DNA of 64,000 nt from an uncultured Nitrososphaerales archaeon (GCA_963695855.1 CAVOHZ010000008.1:128001-192000), one strand, 5' to 3'; shown: positions 11,736-23,367, counted from the stretch's first letter. Program-made: numbers and translations. Notes: generated by a model from the sequence alone, not told the origin.

Positions 11736-12083
11736 TTACTGATTATTATCGTCCAAATCTGAAATATTTCTTGCATATTCTAGATAATGTTTTATCCAAC
11801 TTGAATAAGCCTCTTTTCCTTTTTCAGTTATTTGGTAAAACGTTGAGGCTGAAGATATAGTCAATTTTTTTATATATCCATTACTTTCTAGCAGTGAAAT
11901 TATAAGATTTACTCTATCTGGTCTTTGTTTCTTTATAAGTGGAGTATTATTAATAATATTATATTTTGATACTGGTATATTGTAAGAATTTAGATATAGG
12001 TATTCTAAAATCGAGAGGCTTGTAAACTCTGATGAAAATCTCTTTTTCTTAAAGTGTATTCTATGTTTATCCTCTCTATTGAT
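11736..12083 (-). CDS. Winged-helix DNA-binding protein (no canonical start; possibly pseudogene)
   Basis: Manual translation ...SLSILEYLY...DRVNLIISLLESNGYIKK...STFYQITEKGKEAY; YQITEKG wing motif. Confidence 0.55.
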   Translation of the reverse strand: MNREDKHRIHFKKKRFSSEFTSLSILEYLYLNSYNIPVSKYNIINNTPLIKKQRPDRVNLIISLLESNGYIKKLTISSASTFYQITEKGKEAYSSWIKHYLEYARNISDLDDNNQ

Positions 12084-12547
12084 TCAATGAAACAATATCA
12101 CGAGTTACATATAGAATTTATTGTAATTATCTTGATTTTGTAAGATGGCTAACATATAAAATAAGATGCTATTTACAATCAAATTCAATTATAATAAACA
12201 TAATCCATACAAAACAAAAATTACATACAAAACAAAAATCTACAATCAAATGCTCTTCTCATTTTAAGAATGACCTCTAAGACTATTAGAATCTGTCAGG
12301 ATGGTAAAAAATTAACGATGAGGTAAGACTTATGTTAAAATTAATTTTTATTTATGGAAACTTTTCCAACAACAACATTTACTAAGAATACAACCCTGGC
12401 AACCATAAGGAGACGGACTAACCCTACAGTCATCGATATCACAAAAACAATCGGCACATTTCATACTAAATTATAAAATTTTTCTAGGATATAAAATTTA
12501 AGAATTATGATAAACCGAGAAAGTAGGAATCCAAATAATTTCCTATT

Positions 12548-12898
12548 TTATCTTGGGGCATAGAATATTATAATTGCTCCAAAAACTGCAACTAATGAAC
12601 CAATCATCTCATATCTATCCGGTCTTTTTTTATCTACAAGCATTCCCCATAGAATAGAAGAGATTATAAAAATTCCTCCATAGGCTGCATATACTCTTCC
12701 AAAATGGGCTGGTTGAAGTGTAGGAATTATACCATATACAAACAGAATAATACCACCAAGTAAACCTAATGCAATTGTTCTCTTCTGTCGTATCCACAAC
12801 CAAACTAAATATCCACCACCTATTTCCATCATGGCTGCCACAAAAAATAACAACCCTGAAACAATTGGATTTAGTGTTGTTATTTCTTCGATTGCCAT
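12548..12898 (-). CDS. ynfA: YnfA/UPF0060 small membrane protein (SMR-like)
   Basis: EIGGGYLVWLW, FGRVYAAYGGIFI, PDRY. Confidence 0.92.
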   Translation of the reverse strand: MAIEEITTLNPIVSGLLFFVAAMMEIGGGYLVWLWIRQKRTIALGLLGGIILFVYGIIPTLQPAHFGRVYAAYGGIFIISSILWGMLVDKKRPDRYEMIGSLVAVFGAIIIFYAPR

Positions 12899-13254
12899 AA
12901 TGTCTTTTCTTCCCCCTTACGAGGTATGTAATAAATTATGATAACACCAATCAGAGCAATAATAGTGCCTATAATATCATATCTATCAGGGGCAATTCCT
13001 TCAAAAGACCATCCCCATAATATAGACATTATAATGAAAATTCCTCCATAGGCTGCATAAATCCTATGAAAGTGGGATGGTTGAAAAGTAGGCACAATTC
13101 CATACAAAAATAAAACAAATCCTCCTAATGCTCCAAGCATCCAACTCATACCTTCCCTAAACCAAAGCCAAACTAGATAACCGCCTCCTATTTCAAAAAG
13201 ACCTGCAAGGAAAAAGAGAAATAAAGTTATTAAAATTTTATTAGAGTTAATCAT
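12880..13254 (-). CDS. ynfA: YnfA/UPF0060 small membrane protein, tandem paralogue
   Basis: EIGGGYLVWLW, RIYAAYGGIFI, PDRYD; overlaps its partner. Confidence 0.92.
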   Translation of the reverse strand: MINSNKILITLFLFFLAGLFEIGGGYLVWLWFREGMSWMLGALGGFVLFLYGIVPTFQPSHFHRIYAAYGGIFIIMSILWGWSFEGIAPDRYDIIGTIIALIGVIIIYYIPRKGEEKTLWQSKK

Positions 13255-13291
13255 CTTAATATTTGATTTTAAACTTTTTAGTTACTATTAA

Positions 13292-13594
13292 ATGAACTTG
13301 GGAAATTCAAAAATTTCAAATTTGCATATTGAACCTATAATATCTGTCAGAAAGAATGCAAGTGGTAAAACTAGAAAATGCAAATCTAGAAATGAACAGG
13401 TACATCTGATTCAAAATATTGGATATGAAAAATACAAACAACTAAAAAACACAGGACAAATATGGATTGCTGAAGTAGTCTTCTCATCATTAAAACGAGT
13501 ACTGGGAGAACATTTGATGTCAAAGAAATTCAGTAAGCAAAAAACAGAGACTGTTCTTAAAATAATGTTGTATAACAAGTTTATCTCATTATAA
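13292..13594 (+). mobile_element. IS5-family transposase C-terminal remnant
   Basis: GQIWIAEVVFSSLKRVLGE resembles GQRWMVESVFSSMKRMFGE of 25667-26563. Confidence 0.75.
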
Positions 13595-13853
13595 CACATT
13601 TTGTTTATGAATAGACTAATATTATTGTTGAATTAAACTACACACTAAATTAAAAGAAAAGATAGGTATTAAATATCTTAGATAAAATATCTTTTTCCAT
13701 GTGAAAAATCAAAAATTTTTCTGTATTTTTTATCATATTATGTAGAAATTAATAATTAGATATCAATAATTCGTGTGAACATTCGGAATATTCAAATAGT
13801 TTAAAACTCATAGGGATCATTATATTACCATAATCATGCAGGTCTAGAAAAAA

Positions 13854-15341
13854 ATGAATGAAAATATAGACTTCTCCAATTCCAACAAAGAAACTGAATT
13901 AAAATGTTCCTTGTATAAAGAACCACTGCTTACTGAAAAAAATGAGGAAATCATTCAAGTAATAGATGGTTCTCTATACTTTTTTCATACTCATAAATGT
14001 TTTAACGTGTACAAGGGATTGGATAACTTTTATGGTAAAAATATTAAAAATTTTATTGGAAATAAACAATTTGTTTTTGATTCTTTCTGGGATAAAGCCA
14101 TTCCTACTTCAGATGAAATTCAAGAAATAAAAAAAAATAATAATAAATCCAGTAAACCAAGTCTCAAAGTAATCAAGAACCCTAAAGAAGTAATAAGAAC
14201 TGCTATTAATCTTGTTCAATCTGCAGAGGATGAAGTATTACTACTTTTTTCTTCAGCAAACGGATTTTATAGGAGAATGGTATTGGGAGATGGTTTCCTT
14301 GCTTTGCAAAGATTACAAGACACTACCAAAGGTAATATAAAATTAAGAATTCTAACACCTTTTGATAAAAAGATTGTTGATGCAGTTAATAGATTAAAGA
14401 CTCAAGGAGTACATATTAGGTATTTACCAGAAGCACTCTATTTAACAGTCACATTTTTGATAGTAGACAGAAAATTCTCTATGACTGCTGAACTAGTAAA
14501 CGATTATACAGAAATTCCTGCTGAATCGCTAGGGCTCTCAACCTTCTCTAATAGTAAATCAACGGTATTATATTATATTTCTATGTTTGAGAACTTGTGG
14601 AAACAGTCAGACCTTTATAAAAAGGCGGAAAATCTTTATGAGCAATTAAAAAAAACAAATGAAACACAAATACAATTTATTAAAGAAACAGCACACGAGA
14701 TTCGAAATCCAATCCAGTCTATTTTAGGCCTCGCAGAAGTTATGCTTTCTAAGCAGAACCTTGATGTTGGTCATATAGAGGATTTAGTCAAAATAATTAT
14801 AAAGAATGCTAAAAAAATTAAATTTCTTACAGATAATATATTGGAGGCTGCACGTATTGACAGTCACCTTTTAACTCTTAATATGGAAGAATTTGATCTT
14901 GTGGAGTTAGTAGAAGATTTACTAAAAGATTTGAAAAACCAAATTCGAAATAAAAAGATTAGTTTAATTTTAAAATGCAAAGAAGATTCAATTTTGCTAG
15001 TTGCAGATAAATTGCGTTTAAATCAAGTTTTTTTAAACATTATCAATAATGCTATAAATGTGTCACAAAAAGGACAAATTATTGTATTTTTAGAAAGACA
15101 AAACAACAACACTGTATTGGTAAGAATAATAGATAAAGGCCCAGGCATTCCATCAAATATAAAGGATAAACTCTTTACTAAATTTGTAACAGGCTCAAAA
15201 TCAGGAACTGGCCTAGGTCTCTACATTTGTAAAAATATTATCGAAAAACATGGTGGAAAGATATGGGGGGAGAACAATAAGAACAAAGGTGCAAATTTTA
15301 ATCTTACGATACCTATGACAGCTCAGTTAAGTAAACAATAA
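13854..15341 (+). CDS. Sensor histidine kinase, close paralogue of 3453-4949
   Basis: Colinear, highly similar protein; TAHEIRNP H-box; similarity extends into both flanks. Confidence 0.92.
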   Translation: MNENIDFSNSNKETELKCSLYKEPLLTEKNEEIIQVIDGSLYFFHTHKCFNVYKGLDNFYGKNIKNFIGNKQFVFDSFWDKAIPTSDEIQEIKKNNNKSSKPSLKVIKNPKEVIRTAINLVQSAEDEVLLLFSSANGFYRRMVLGDGFLALQRLQDTTKGNIKLRILTPFDKKIVDAVNRLKTQGVHIRYLPEALYLTVTFLIVDRKFSMTAELVNDYTEIPAESLGLSTFSNSKSTVLYYISMFENLWKQSDLYKKAENLYEQLKKTNETQIQFIKETAHEIRNPIQSILGLAEVMLSKQNLDVGHIEDLVKIIIKNAKKIKFLTDNILEAARIDSHLLTLNMEEFDLVELVEDLLKDLKNQIRNKKISLILKCKEDSILLVADKLRLNQVFLNIINNAINVSQKGQIIVFLERQNNNTVLVRIIDKGPGIPSNIKDKLFTKFVTGSKSGTGLGLYICKNIIEKHGGKIWGENNKNKGANFNLTIPMTAQLSKQ

Positions 15342-16002
15342 AAGTTATTTCAAATACTGAATATGATCCTTATTGACTACCTGTCTGATCTATACTCTAT
15401 ACTCTTATAAGATGGATTTGGCGTACAGTCATTACTAGAGTCATAATGTATCTTTCAGATAGATAGATCCTAGATCTAATTGAAAGATGAAAAAATTAAA
15501 TTGGAAGATATTTGAACGTTCATTATTGGAAACTGCAATTTCTGCTATTCTTTTTCTTTCTTTTATGGTATTTCTTTTTTATTTTCTGTATATGGATTTT
15601 CGCCTAAATTGAAAACTGAATGATTCAGCAATGAAATAGAAAATTACATATATTATGGTATAAATGACGGTTACAATAATAACACTCAAAAAGATTTAGA
15701 AAAAAATATCAATATAGATAGAGTATATGTAACAAGTAATGGTACTCATCTTGAAATAAAATTATTATTTAATGATTTTTTAACCAAACTTAAAAATGTA
15801 TTATTAAATAATAGTACTGTTCCACAGAATCTTTTTATTAACATATTTATCGATTCAGATGATGATCAAACAACAAGTTCTTAGGTTATAATTATAGATA
15901 TTTGTTAACTCATAATATTGCAAATTCTTATAATGATAGGAATGATAATAAGTTAAATTCCATTACAAACTTTTCTCTATTGAAGAATGTAGATGCTATG
16001 CT

Positions 16003-16491
16003 TTAATCCAATTACTTCACATGCTTCATCATATCATGTATCACCATCAGTATAAACTGGATGTCTTCCATATTTTTCAACTAATGATCTAATGAACTTT
16101 TCAGCGACAAACAGGTTTCTCCCCTCTGAAATGTAGATTCCAAGCATAGAATTGTGTACAGGTGCTATACAAAACCATAACAAAAATGTTGACTACCAAT
16201 TTGAACAACAGTTTCATTTACTATGAATGCTGTAACTCTTTTCATCTTGTGAATGGGATACTCTGCAAACATTTGAATCCAATTCCAGATACGGTTATAG
16301 ATAGGAACGTAACCTATTTTACCATCCTTGAAGTAATGCTCTTGATTTATTACGTAAACAAACCAAGAAAATAAAGACAGAATACATAACAAGAATACTG
16401 GAAGTTCTATTTCTTTGAAATAATCTAGTTTTCATTAGATTAGAAATAAAATATTCACAGCTAAAGGTATATCACGAAGTTAACAGGTCCC
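16003..16491 (-). mobile_element. IS6-family remnant
   Basis: WNWIQ, VNETVVQIGSQHF, YTDGDT fragments; TIR-like TTAACAGGTCC near 16480-16490. Confidence 0.75.
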
Positions 16492-16508
16492 TACGATCAT
16501 TCAAAATA

Positions 16509-17027
16509 TTGAAAAATGAAGAAAGGACAAATTACAATAAGCTTAAAGAAGAGACAAGAAAAACAATAGATGGACAAAAAGTGAGCGAGTCTTTAGAACA
16601 AAATCAAAAGAATGCTGCTGCTTCTTTTGCATGGACTTGGAAAGGTTGGTTCCTCTTTATATTAGGTAAAGTTGAGGAAGCTAGAAAGTGTTATGACAAG
16701 TCTATAGAGTTAGATCCTGTGAATCTATATGGATGGAGTGGAAAATTATGGACTAATTTTATCCTTGGAAAAGTCGCCGATCTTATAGAAACTACTGAAA
16801 AAGTTACCGAAATAAATTCCGAGAATAAGTACGCATGGAACATAAAAGGTTGCACTAATTTTATCCTAGGAAAAGTCAATAAATCCTTAGATTGCTATGA
16901 GAAATATATCGAAATAGATAAGAGATATGGTCAATCTGTACCTCATGGAACACTTGAACCTGATATTCAGCATGGAACTTCATCTCCAGATACCATAATA
17001 GGAGGAGGTGGTAATGATATATTCTAG
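16509..17027 (+). CDS. TPR repeat protein
   Basis: Three AW..KG..LG...A..CY....E TPR units. Confidence 0.85.
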   Translation: MKNEERTNYNKLKEETRKTIDGQKVSESLEQNQKNAAASFAWTWKGWFLFILGKVEEARKCYDKSIELDPVNLYGWSGKLWTNFILGKVADLIETTEKVTEINSENKYAWNIKGCTNFILGKVNKSLDCYEKYIEIDKRYGQSVPHGTLEPDIQHGTSSPDTIIGGGGNDIF

Positions 17028-17736
17028 TTCTTTTGATAGTAATCGTCTAATTACAGTAGATACAATTACTGTAGATGATCATTCTCGTTTAACCATAACA
17101 AGGAAGCTAAAGAAAGTAGTACCTATAAAGCCTAAAGATACCATAACTGTATACCAGGATAGATATAACAAGGATTTAATCTTTGTAATACAACATCATG
17201 AATCAAATACAACAGATCGATTCATTATTAAAACTAAAAGCACCAGCAGTACTCATGCATTTCATAATACTAAGACAATAAAGAAAAATCAAGAAGAAGA
17301 AAGCATTTCCAATCAATATGTAAAGAAAAAGGACACTTTACATGATATCAATATTCTTATTGTCGATGATGATGAAGTAATATTAGAAACGTTTGAATTT
17401 TTCTTAAACTCTGAAGGTTATCAGAATGTTCAAATATTTTCAGACTCAAAAAAGGCCGTAAAGCGTTTTGTTCAATTGAAAAAAACAGACTATTATGAAT
17501 TGGCTATAATTGATATAAGAATGCCAGTTATAAATGGAATTCAGCTGTATCAAATTCTCACAATAATCAATCCTACTATGAAAGTGCTTTTCGTAACTGC
17601 TCTTGATGCAGTAGCTGAATTGAGAAGTCTATACAAAATCAAAAAAGAGGATATTATAGAAAAGCCTTGTGATGGTGATCAGTTTATCAAAAAAATAAAT
17701 GATACAGTTTTAAAAATATTTGAATCTAAAGAATAG
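17008..17736 (+). CDS. Response regulator (receiver domain) with AbrB-like N-terminus
   Basis: ILIVDDD, DIRMP phospho-Asp, FVTA, KP; N-terminal TVDDHSRLTI. Confidence 0.88.
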   Translation: MVMIYSSSFDSNRLITVDTITVDDHSRLTITRKLKKVVPIKPKDTITVYQDRYNKDLIFVIQHHESNTTDRFIIKTKSTSSTHAFHNTKTIKKNQEEESISNQYVKKKDTLHDINILIVDDDEVILETFEFFLNSEGYQNVQIFSDSKKAVKRFVQLKKTDYYELAIIDIRMPVINGIQLYQILTIINPTMKVLFVTALDAVAELRSLYKIKKEDIIEKPCDGDQFIKKINDTVLKIFESKE

Positions 17737-18162
17737 TTTAAGAAAGCATGCAGATAAGACAATATAGACAGTAGTAAATTCTCAAAAAGGCCATAGCCAA
17801 TATCTGGAACATTAAACAAGATAAGTCCCATTGAGAGAAAGTTTAGGAATTTGTGTTATCTTTTGTCGGTAGATTACTTACTTTTGAGAAAGGTAATAAA
17901 AAGTACATCATCAACAATATCATAATAAAAATATATATGAAAACTACCTTCTCCAACATCTTCAATTCATACAACACACGAAGATGATACACACCAAAAA
18001 AAATACTGAAGGTTTGGAAAATAATTGAAATAATATATTTCCACTGACAAAACATTCTGTTTCTTCAATAAGCAATGGGTATACTAATTTCTTAACTCTA
18101 AATGTTCTAAAGAGGGACGTAATATGATTTCTAAATATAGTTTCTAGTGCATTAAAAAATAT

Positions 18163-18183
18163 CTAAAACCACCCATTTATGGT
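18163..18183 (+). promoter_or_regulatory. Conserved 21-bp upstream motif (copy 1 of 3)
   Basis: CTAAAACCACCCATTTATGGT; exact reverse complements at 51665-51685 and 62038-62058. Confidence 0.6.
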
Positions 18184-18344
18184 ATGCTTTTTTAAAGTAT
18201 AATAGATTATAAGAAAACTTAATATGTTTATAACAAGAATGTTATAGATTTATTTGCAATTTTCTAAATTTTCTAAGAAATATTAAAAAGTATAAAAGAT
18301 TTTGATAGCAATAGTATATAATATAAAATAGGTGATTCCAAGTT

Positions 18345-19592
18345 ATGGTAACGAAATCTTCTAGTTTTCTCGTACTTTTTTTAACTACTTTAGGAATGAT
18401 TACTTCTATTATTCCAACAATAGACGCACAAAAAGTTATTCCTAACGACGTAAATCCAATGCAACTACCACAACAACTACCACAACAGCAACAGCAAGGA
18501 CAGCAATCCCAATTCCAATACAATACCCAAGACTTTCAAACATTCACTAAATACATGGATATGTACAATGAGTTATATCCTCCTCAACCACAACAACCAA
18601 CACCACAACAACAAGGCTCGAATTATTACGACTTTCTGACATTCATGCAATATTTACAATATTACGACAACCTGTATGGCCAGAAAGATTATATCATAAA
18701 GCATTATCATGATGACGATGATAATGATGATAATGATTACAAATACAAGTACAAATACAAATACAAGAACGAATATGAAAACTGGAAGAAGCACGATGGA
18801 CACGGAGATGGAAAAAAGAGTAATTACCCAAGTAAGCAATTTCATCCAATAACTAAAACTAAAGCTACAAATACAATCGAACAGGAATGTAAGCAAAATA
18901 CCGGTAAAATGAACAATGGAAAATGTGATATCAAAAATCCAGATGACCAGATAGAATTTGAACATGAACTAGCAGATGAAGGACTGTGGCCTGAATATAC
19001 TGTAGCACAACAAGCACAAAATTTTCTTAGTGAAGCAAATGTAGAGAAAAGTATTGGATTTCCTGGAGAATATGAACCGGGCTACAAAAAAACAGATGCA
19101 CAAAAAAGAGCTGAAGAAGCAGAATTTGTAGCAGAGCTGGAAGATGATTTACAAGATGCAAATACACCAGAACAAAAAGAAAAGATACAGAGTCAAATAA
19201 AGCAAGCTAAAGAAAAGTTTGGTCTAAATGATGATGAAACTGAAAAACAACCTGAACCAACAGAAGTTAATAATGTTAGCCCTCAAGTTGACCTTGTCCA
19301 ACAACAACAAGTACAAGAACAACAACCACAAATACACTATTCACAAGGTTCATACGAAGAGGAACTAAGTTCAGATGATACTGAAGGAAGTTCATATGAA
19401 GAGGAGGAAAGTGATGATAATAGTGAACCAAGTTCATATGAAGAGGAAGAGAGTTCAGATGAGGAAAGTGATGATAGTGGCGATGATGATAGTAGTGAGG
19501 AAAGTGATGATAGTAGTGACGATAGTGACGATGGAGGCGGAGACGACGGTGGAGACGACGGAGGCGGAGACGACGGCGGAGGAGAAGAATAA
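18345..19592 (+). CDS. Secreted low-complexity protein (Q/P-, YK- and D/E/S/G-rich)
   Basis: Signal peptide; 415 aa; acidic GGDD tail. Confidence 0.8.
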   Translation: MVTKSSSFLVLFLTTLGMITSIIPTIDAQKVIPNDVNPMQLPQQLPQQQQQGQQSQFQYNTQDFQTFTKYMDMYNELYPPQPQQPTPQQQGSNYYDFLTFMQYLQYYDNLYGQKDYIIKHYHDDDDNDDNDYKYKYKYKYKNEYENWKKHDGHGDGKKSNYPSKQFHPITKTKATNTIEQECKQNTGKMNNGKCDIKNPDDQIEFEHELADEGLWPEYTVAQQAQNFLSEANVEKSIGFPGEYEPGYKKTDAQKRAEEAEFVAELEDDLQDANTPEQKEKIQSQIKQAKEKFGLNDDETEKQPEPTEVNNVSPQVDLVQQQQVQEQQPQIHYSQGSYEEELSSDDTEGSSYEEEESDDNSEPSSYEEEESSDEESDDSGDDDSSEESDDSSDDSDDGGGDDGGDDGGGDDGGGEE

Positions 19593-20155
19593 GCTTCTTT
19601 TTTTTTATTTATTTATCATATCTAAAAGTCGTACCAAAGAACCCCTGATTTCTTGAATTTCTTGTAGTATTATATTTTCCCCCGCTATTCCGGCTAGGAT
19701 TTCTTAACGGATTGTTATTAGGATCATTTGCTTTTGCTTTATGTTCTGCTTTATTTATCTTGTTAACCCACATTTGATCTATTACGAGTAAATCAGCTAA
19801 ATGTTCGGGATATAATATTGTGTCTCTTTATTCATAGAAATAATGATATTGAAAAGGCATAATTCCATGTTGTTTGTTATACCACATATTCCAAGCTTCT
19901 ATTTCTTAGTGTGAAAGTTTCTCCCCCAAAGTCTTGGAATCATTTGACATTATCCACTCTTCGAGGGTTGTTGAAAATAAGCGATTCCATGCACAGCACG
20001 CATTAAACAAGCTACCAGAATGGAACGAGTACCCCAAATGTCTTGTTCCATTAAATCGGGATTTAAGAAAATTTTTCATTAGTTAATTGAACAGAATGTA
20101 TTAATTATTGGAAATATACAACTCTAGCAAATAAGGGTCTGTAATAACGGTAACT

Positions 20156-20746
20156 ATGAAAAAATCTCCAAAATGGGTGAGAGCAGCCCAAATCATACTT
20201 GGTGTTTTAGCTATCATACTTGCAATTGTTGCACTAACAAATTCAGGTCTAAAGATTTTGCTCATTTTAATAGCTATAGTTTTAGTTATTACAGGATTTG
20301 AAAAAACTATTACTGGATTGTTTATTGCTCATAACTTACGATTCTTCACCATAGGATTAGGAGTATTAACTATTATTCTAGCAGGATTGGCATTGACATA
20401 TCCTATAGCAGCTGCTAGAGTACTTCTATTAATTTTGGGATTTTCATTGATGGTAGATGGGTTTTCACGAATAGCTGATGGATTGACCAATAAATCTGAC
20501 AAGAGACTAGTTAGAGGATTTACTATCGCAGTAGGAATATTAGGCATCATAATTTCTGTTGGTATTAATATCATTCCTTTCTGGGGTAAATTATTTATTA
20601 GTAAATTAATAGCAATAGATTTGATAATTATAGGAATACAGATGATTACAACTGGAACTGTTAATGTAGAAGCCGGAAAAAAAAAGTTAAAGGAAAAGGT
20701 AAAAAAAATCTTTCAAAGACATGAACAGAGTGAAGAAAAGAAATAG
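20156..20746 (+). CDS. HdeD/DUF308 family membrane protein
   Basis: Six TM helices with repeated G-x-x-x-I-I-x-G pattern. Confidence 0.8.
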   Translation: MKKSPKWVRAAQIILGVLAIILAIVALTNSGLKILLILIAIVLVITGFEKTITGLFIAHNLRFFTIGLGVLTIILAGLALTYPIAAARVLLLILGFSLMVDGFSRIADGLTNKSDKRLVRGFTIAVGILGIIISVGINIIPFWGKLFISKLIAIDLIIIGIQMITTGTVNVEAGKKKLKEKVKKIFQRHEQSEEKK

Positions 20747-21042
20747 TACGTAAAAGGAAATTTCTTGTAAATTATTTTTAATAGTGTGGATGCTATAGAA
20801 TCTGGTCTTTTTATATATGAAGCAGGTTATAGATAAAATCGTTTTAATGACTCAAATCTTTTAGTATATTTAATTTCTCTATATAATGACTAGGCTCAAA
20901 GTCATTATGTTGTTGAGACTTACGAAATTATGTGTAAAATGATTATAAAAATACAAAAAAAATTTTTCTGAAATAAAGAATTGTAATTATGAAATAAATT
21001 TCAATTTTGTAAATGATTTTACAACAATATTAATATATCCTA

Positions 21043-21087
21043 GGGCCAAAATTTAGGTCAAATTTGTTTTACAAACCACTGCCCCCC
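21043..21087 (+). repeat. Recombination-site family, B-type left site (B2)
   Basis: GGGCCAAAATTTAGGTCAAATTTGTTTTACAAACCACTGCCCCCC, followed by the flank shared with 44081. Confidence 0.8.
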
Positions 21088-21289
21088 GTTGTGACAATAG
21101 TTCTAAAATTGGATTCATTTATAGATATTAAGAACAATTGATTTTTCTAATTGCAATCAAAATATCCCAGTCTAGAAATAAATAAAAACTTTTTTAGAAA
21201 CAGAAAGAATATGTAATCCTTATTTCATCATTCACTTCCATGATTGTCTTTTTGAGATTAATATTACAATTCTACTAATTAATTACAAC

Positions 21290-21595
21290 CTATTTACTAT
21301 CAACCGCCTCTATTATCATACCTATATTACTAACTATGTAATTTGATACATATGGCAGAGCTGCGTTGATGTCATTAGTTGAAAAACCTTGTTGCCTAGC
21401 AATACATCTGAAATTTGCTCTTATACCACCAATTACATATCCTATGTAAAAATCTGTATTACGCCTCACCAGTCTATCTTCTCCAATTCTTTCAAACGTG
21501 TCCTCAAGTTGGTCTCTGCCAGCTTTAAATTCTGCTATTGTAGCATTAAGTGCCTCAAAAGATAATATAAGCATTTGATTATCATTGAATGTCAT
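21290..21595 (-). CDS. Hypothetical protein
   Basis: 101 aa ORF with normal composition. Confidence 0.6.
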   Translation of the reverse strand: MTFNDNQMLILSFEALNATIAEFKAGRDQLEDTFERIGEDRLVRRNTDFYIGYVIGGIRANFRCIARQQGFSTNDINAALPYVSNYIVSNIGMIIEAVDSK

Positions 21596-21768
21596 ATTAA
21601 CTAACTTCAGTGAGAGAAGTTAATATTTTTCGTTTCAAAGCCATTGAATTTTAATTCTTCATTTTCCTTTTTAAATTACATCCTTCTAGATAAGCTTTCA
21701 AAATAATTGCCTATATACAAAATACTTCTTAAAATCTTAACAATAAAAAAAGAAAATTTGAGATATGA

Positions 21769-22374
21769 TTATTTGCTGCTTTTATTTTCTGGTATTGTTG
21801 TACCTGCAGTTGTCATTGACTGCCCTTGCAATTTCATTGGTTCAAAAACGATCCCAAATAATGGTTTGTCACCAAAATGATTTTGTAATTTTGACTGATC
21901 TAACATGATGTTAACAACTTCATGATTATCGACTTTTATTGTGATAGGAACTTCATTAACTGGACTATTTTTCATAGTAACTGTGACTGTTCCTTTGTAT
22001 ACTGGCATATTGGCTTCTTTAGTTGACTCCTTTAATACAAAGTTTGAAATCTCGTGCATATGTTTTTCTATACCATCAGGTTTCACCATATGTAATGTGG
22101 CATCGAACAAAGCTTTATTAGTTTCGCTAAATTGTGTACTGTTTATAACGTTGGTTTTAAAATGTCCTGATATTAACCATTCTGTTTTTCCAGCTTTATC
22201 TTGAACCATTCCAATAATTTGTCCATAACCGAGTCCTTTTTCGTTCATTCCTTTATTATATCCAATAGGATAGGCAAAGGTCATTTTATTTAGTGATGGC
22301 GCTGCGAATATTAAAATAAACGCTACTGCGACACTTGCATAGACTATCGTTGATTTGTAGGTTTTATTTAGCAT
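21769..22374 (-). CDS. Secreted hypothetical protein (Nitrososphaera-type beta-rich family)
   Basis: Signal peptide; MVKPDG..KHMH..., NHFGDKPLFG motif. Confidence 0.75.
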   Translation of the reverse strand: MLNKTYKSTIVYASVAVAFILIFAAPSLNKMTFAYPIGYNKGMNEKGLGYGQIIGMVQDKAGKTEWLISGHFKTNVINSTQFSETNKALFDATLHMVKPDGIEKHMHEISNFVLKESTKEANMPVYKGTVTVTMKNSPVNEVPITIKVDNHEVVNIMLDQSKLQNHFGDKPLFGIVFEPMKLQGQSMTTAGTTIPENKSSK

Positions 22375-22446
22375 TAATAGTATTGTGTCTTGATTGTTTA
22401 TATATATGAGTAAACCAAGTTAATATATATATATATCATCACAACA

Positions 22447-22665
22447 GCCTCTGTTAATTTAAGCAGCAAAAGCGATAGCTAAGAACATTCTGTTTATTAT
22501 ATGAAATCAAATTTGAAAAAAATAAAACATCTTCTTTTATTGTAATGTATTCTCTTTATCTATACATTCTTGGTTGTTTAAGTAATAAATACCTGTAAAG
22601 CATTGAGGCCATTTAAAGATCAGAATCGAAGTCATGTTGCTGTTTGGGAATGCATTCAATGAATT
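22447..22665 (+). mobile_element. IS6-family left-end fragment
   Basis: GCCTCTGTTAA TIR and MKSNLKK...VMYSLYLY start matching the 60880-60932 end. Confidence 0.7.
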
Positions 22666-23367
22666 CAAACTATTATTCTTCTATTGTGATAGTTATTACA
22701 CTTAAAACATGAACTACAAATATAAATTTTGATATTATGCATATAATAGCAGGAAAAAAGAATAGAAATATGTCTACACTTTCAAAAACTCTTACATTAC
22801 GAATTCCCCCCAATATAATTTAACATGCTTTAAAGAATACAAGATTAGAAATCCTTTTTTCTGAATTTTTCATAGACATAAAAAGAAAAATTATATCTGA
22901 TAAAATAAATAAGGAGATTAATTTTAGTACAATAACTGAAGGAAAACAGATTGAAATTATTGAAACATTCAAATTTAAAATATCTAATAATAACAGAACA
23001 ATTGTCGAATATAATACTGAAACAAAAAGTATAGAAGAAAACAATATAATATTAGAATCTATAGTACATACACATGTAGCTAATATTTTATATTCACTTT
23101 TGATGCTTGAGACAGGGTATATTAATGGCATATTAGAAAATAAGGAAAAAAATAAATAATTCAATATGAAAAAGGAAAAAGTGTAAAGATTGCAAACTTC
23201 AAGATTTTATGAGCAATATAATAGATTCATATCTGCTTGGTGCTATTAACTAAATGGTATTACATTTCAAATAACAATATTAAATATGTTACCAAATCAA
23301 TTAATAAATATTGGATACGGGACCACCTAATCACAAACGGGTTCAGTAATATTATTTAGCTAAATGT

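Noticed and set aside
17750-18110. Possible IS701-like transposase remnant
   Set aside because: Only a weak DDT..K..EG hint across broken frames; insufficient support.
18242-19656. Cys-rich 18242-18523 ORF and alternative-frame ORFs 18654-18965 and 19375-19656
   Set aside because: Shadows of Gln/Asp codon repeats in the 18345-19592 gene.
22820-23164. 114 aa ORF on - strand
   Set aside because: Composition suggests an antisense shadow of AT-rich or decayed sequence.
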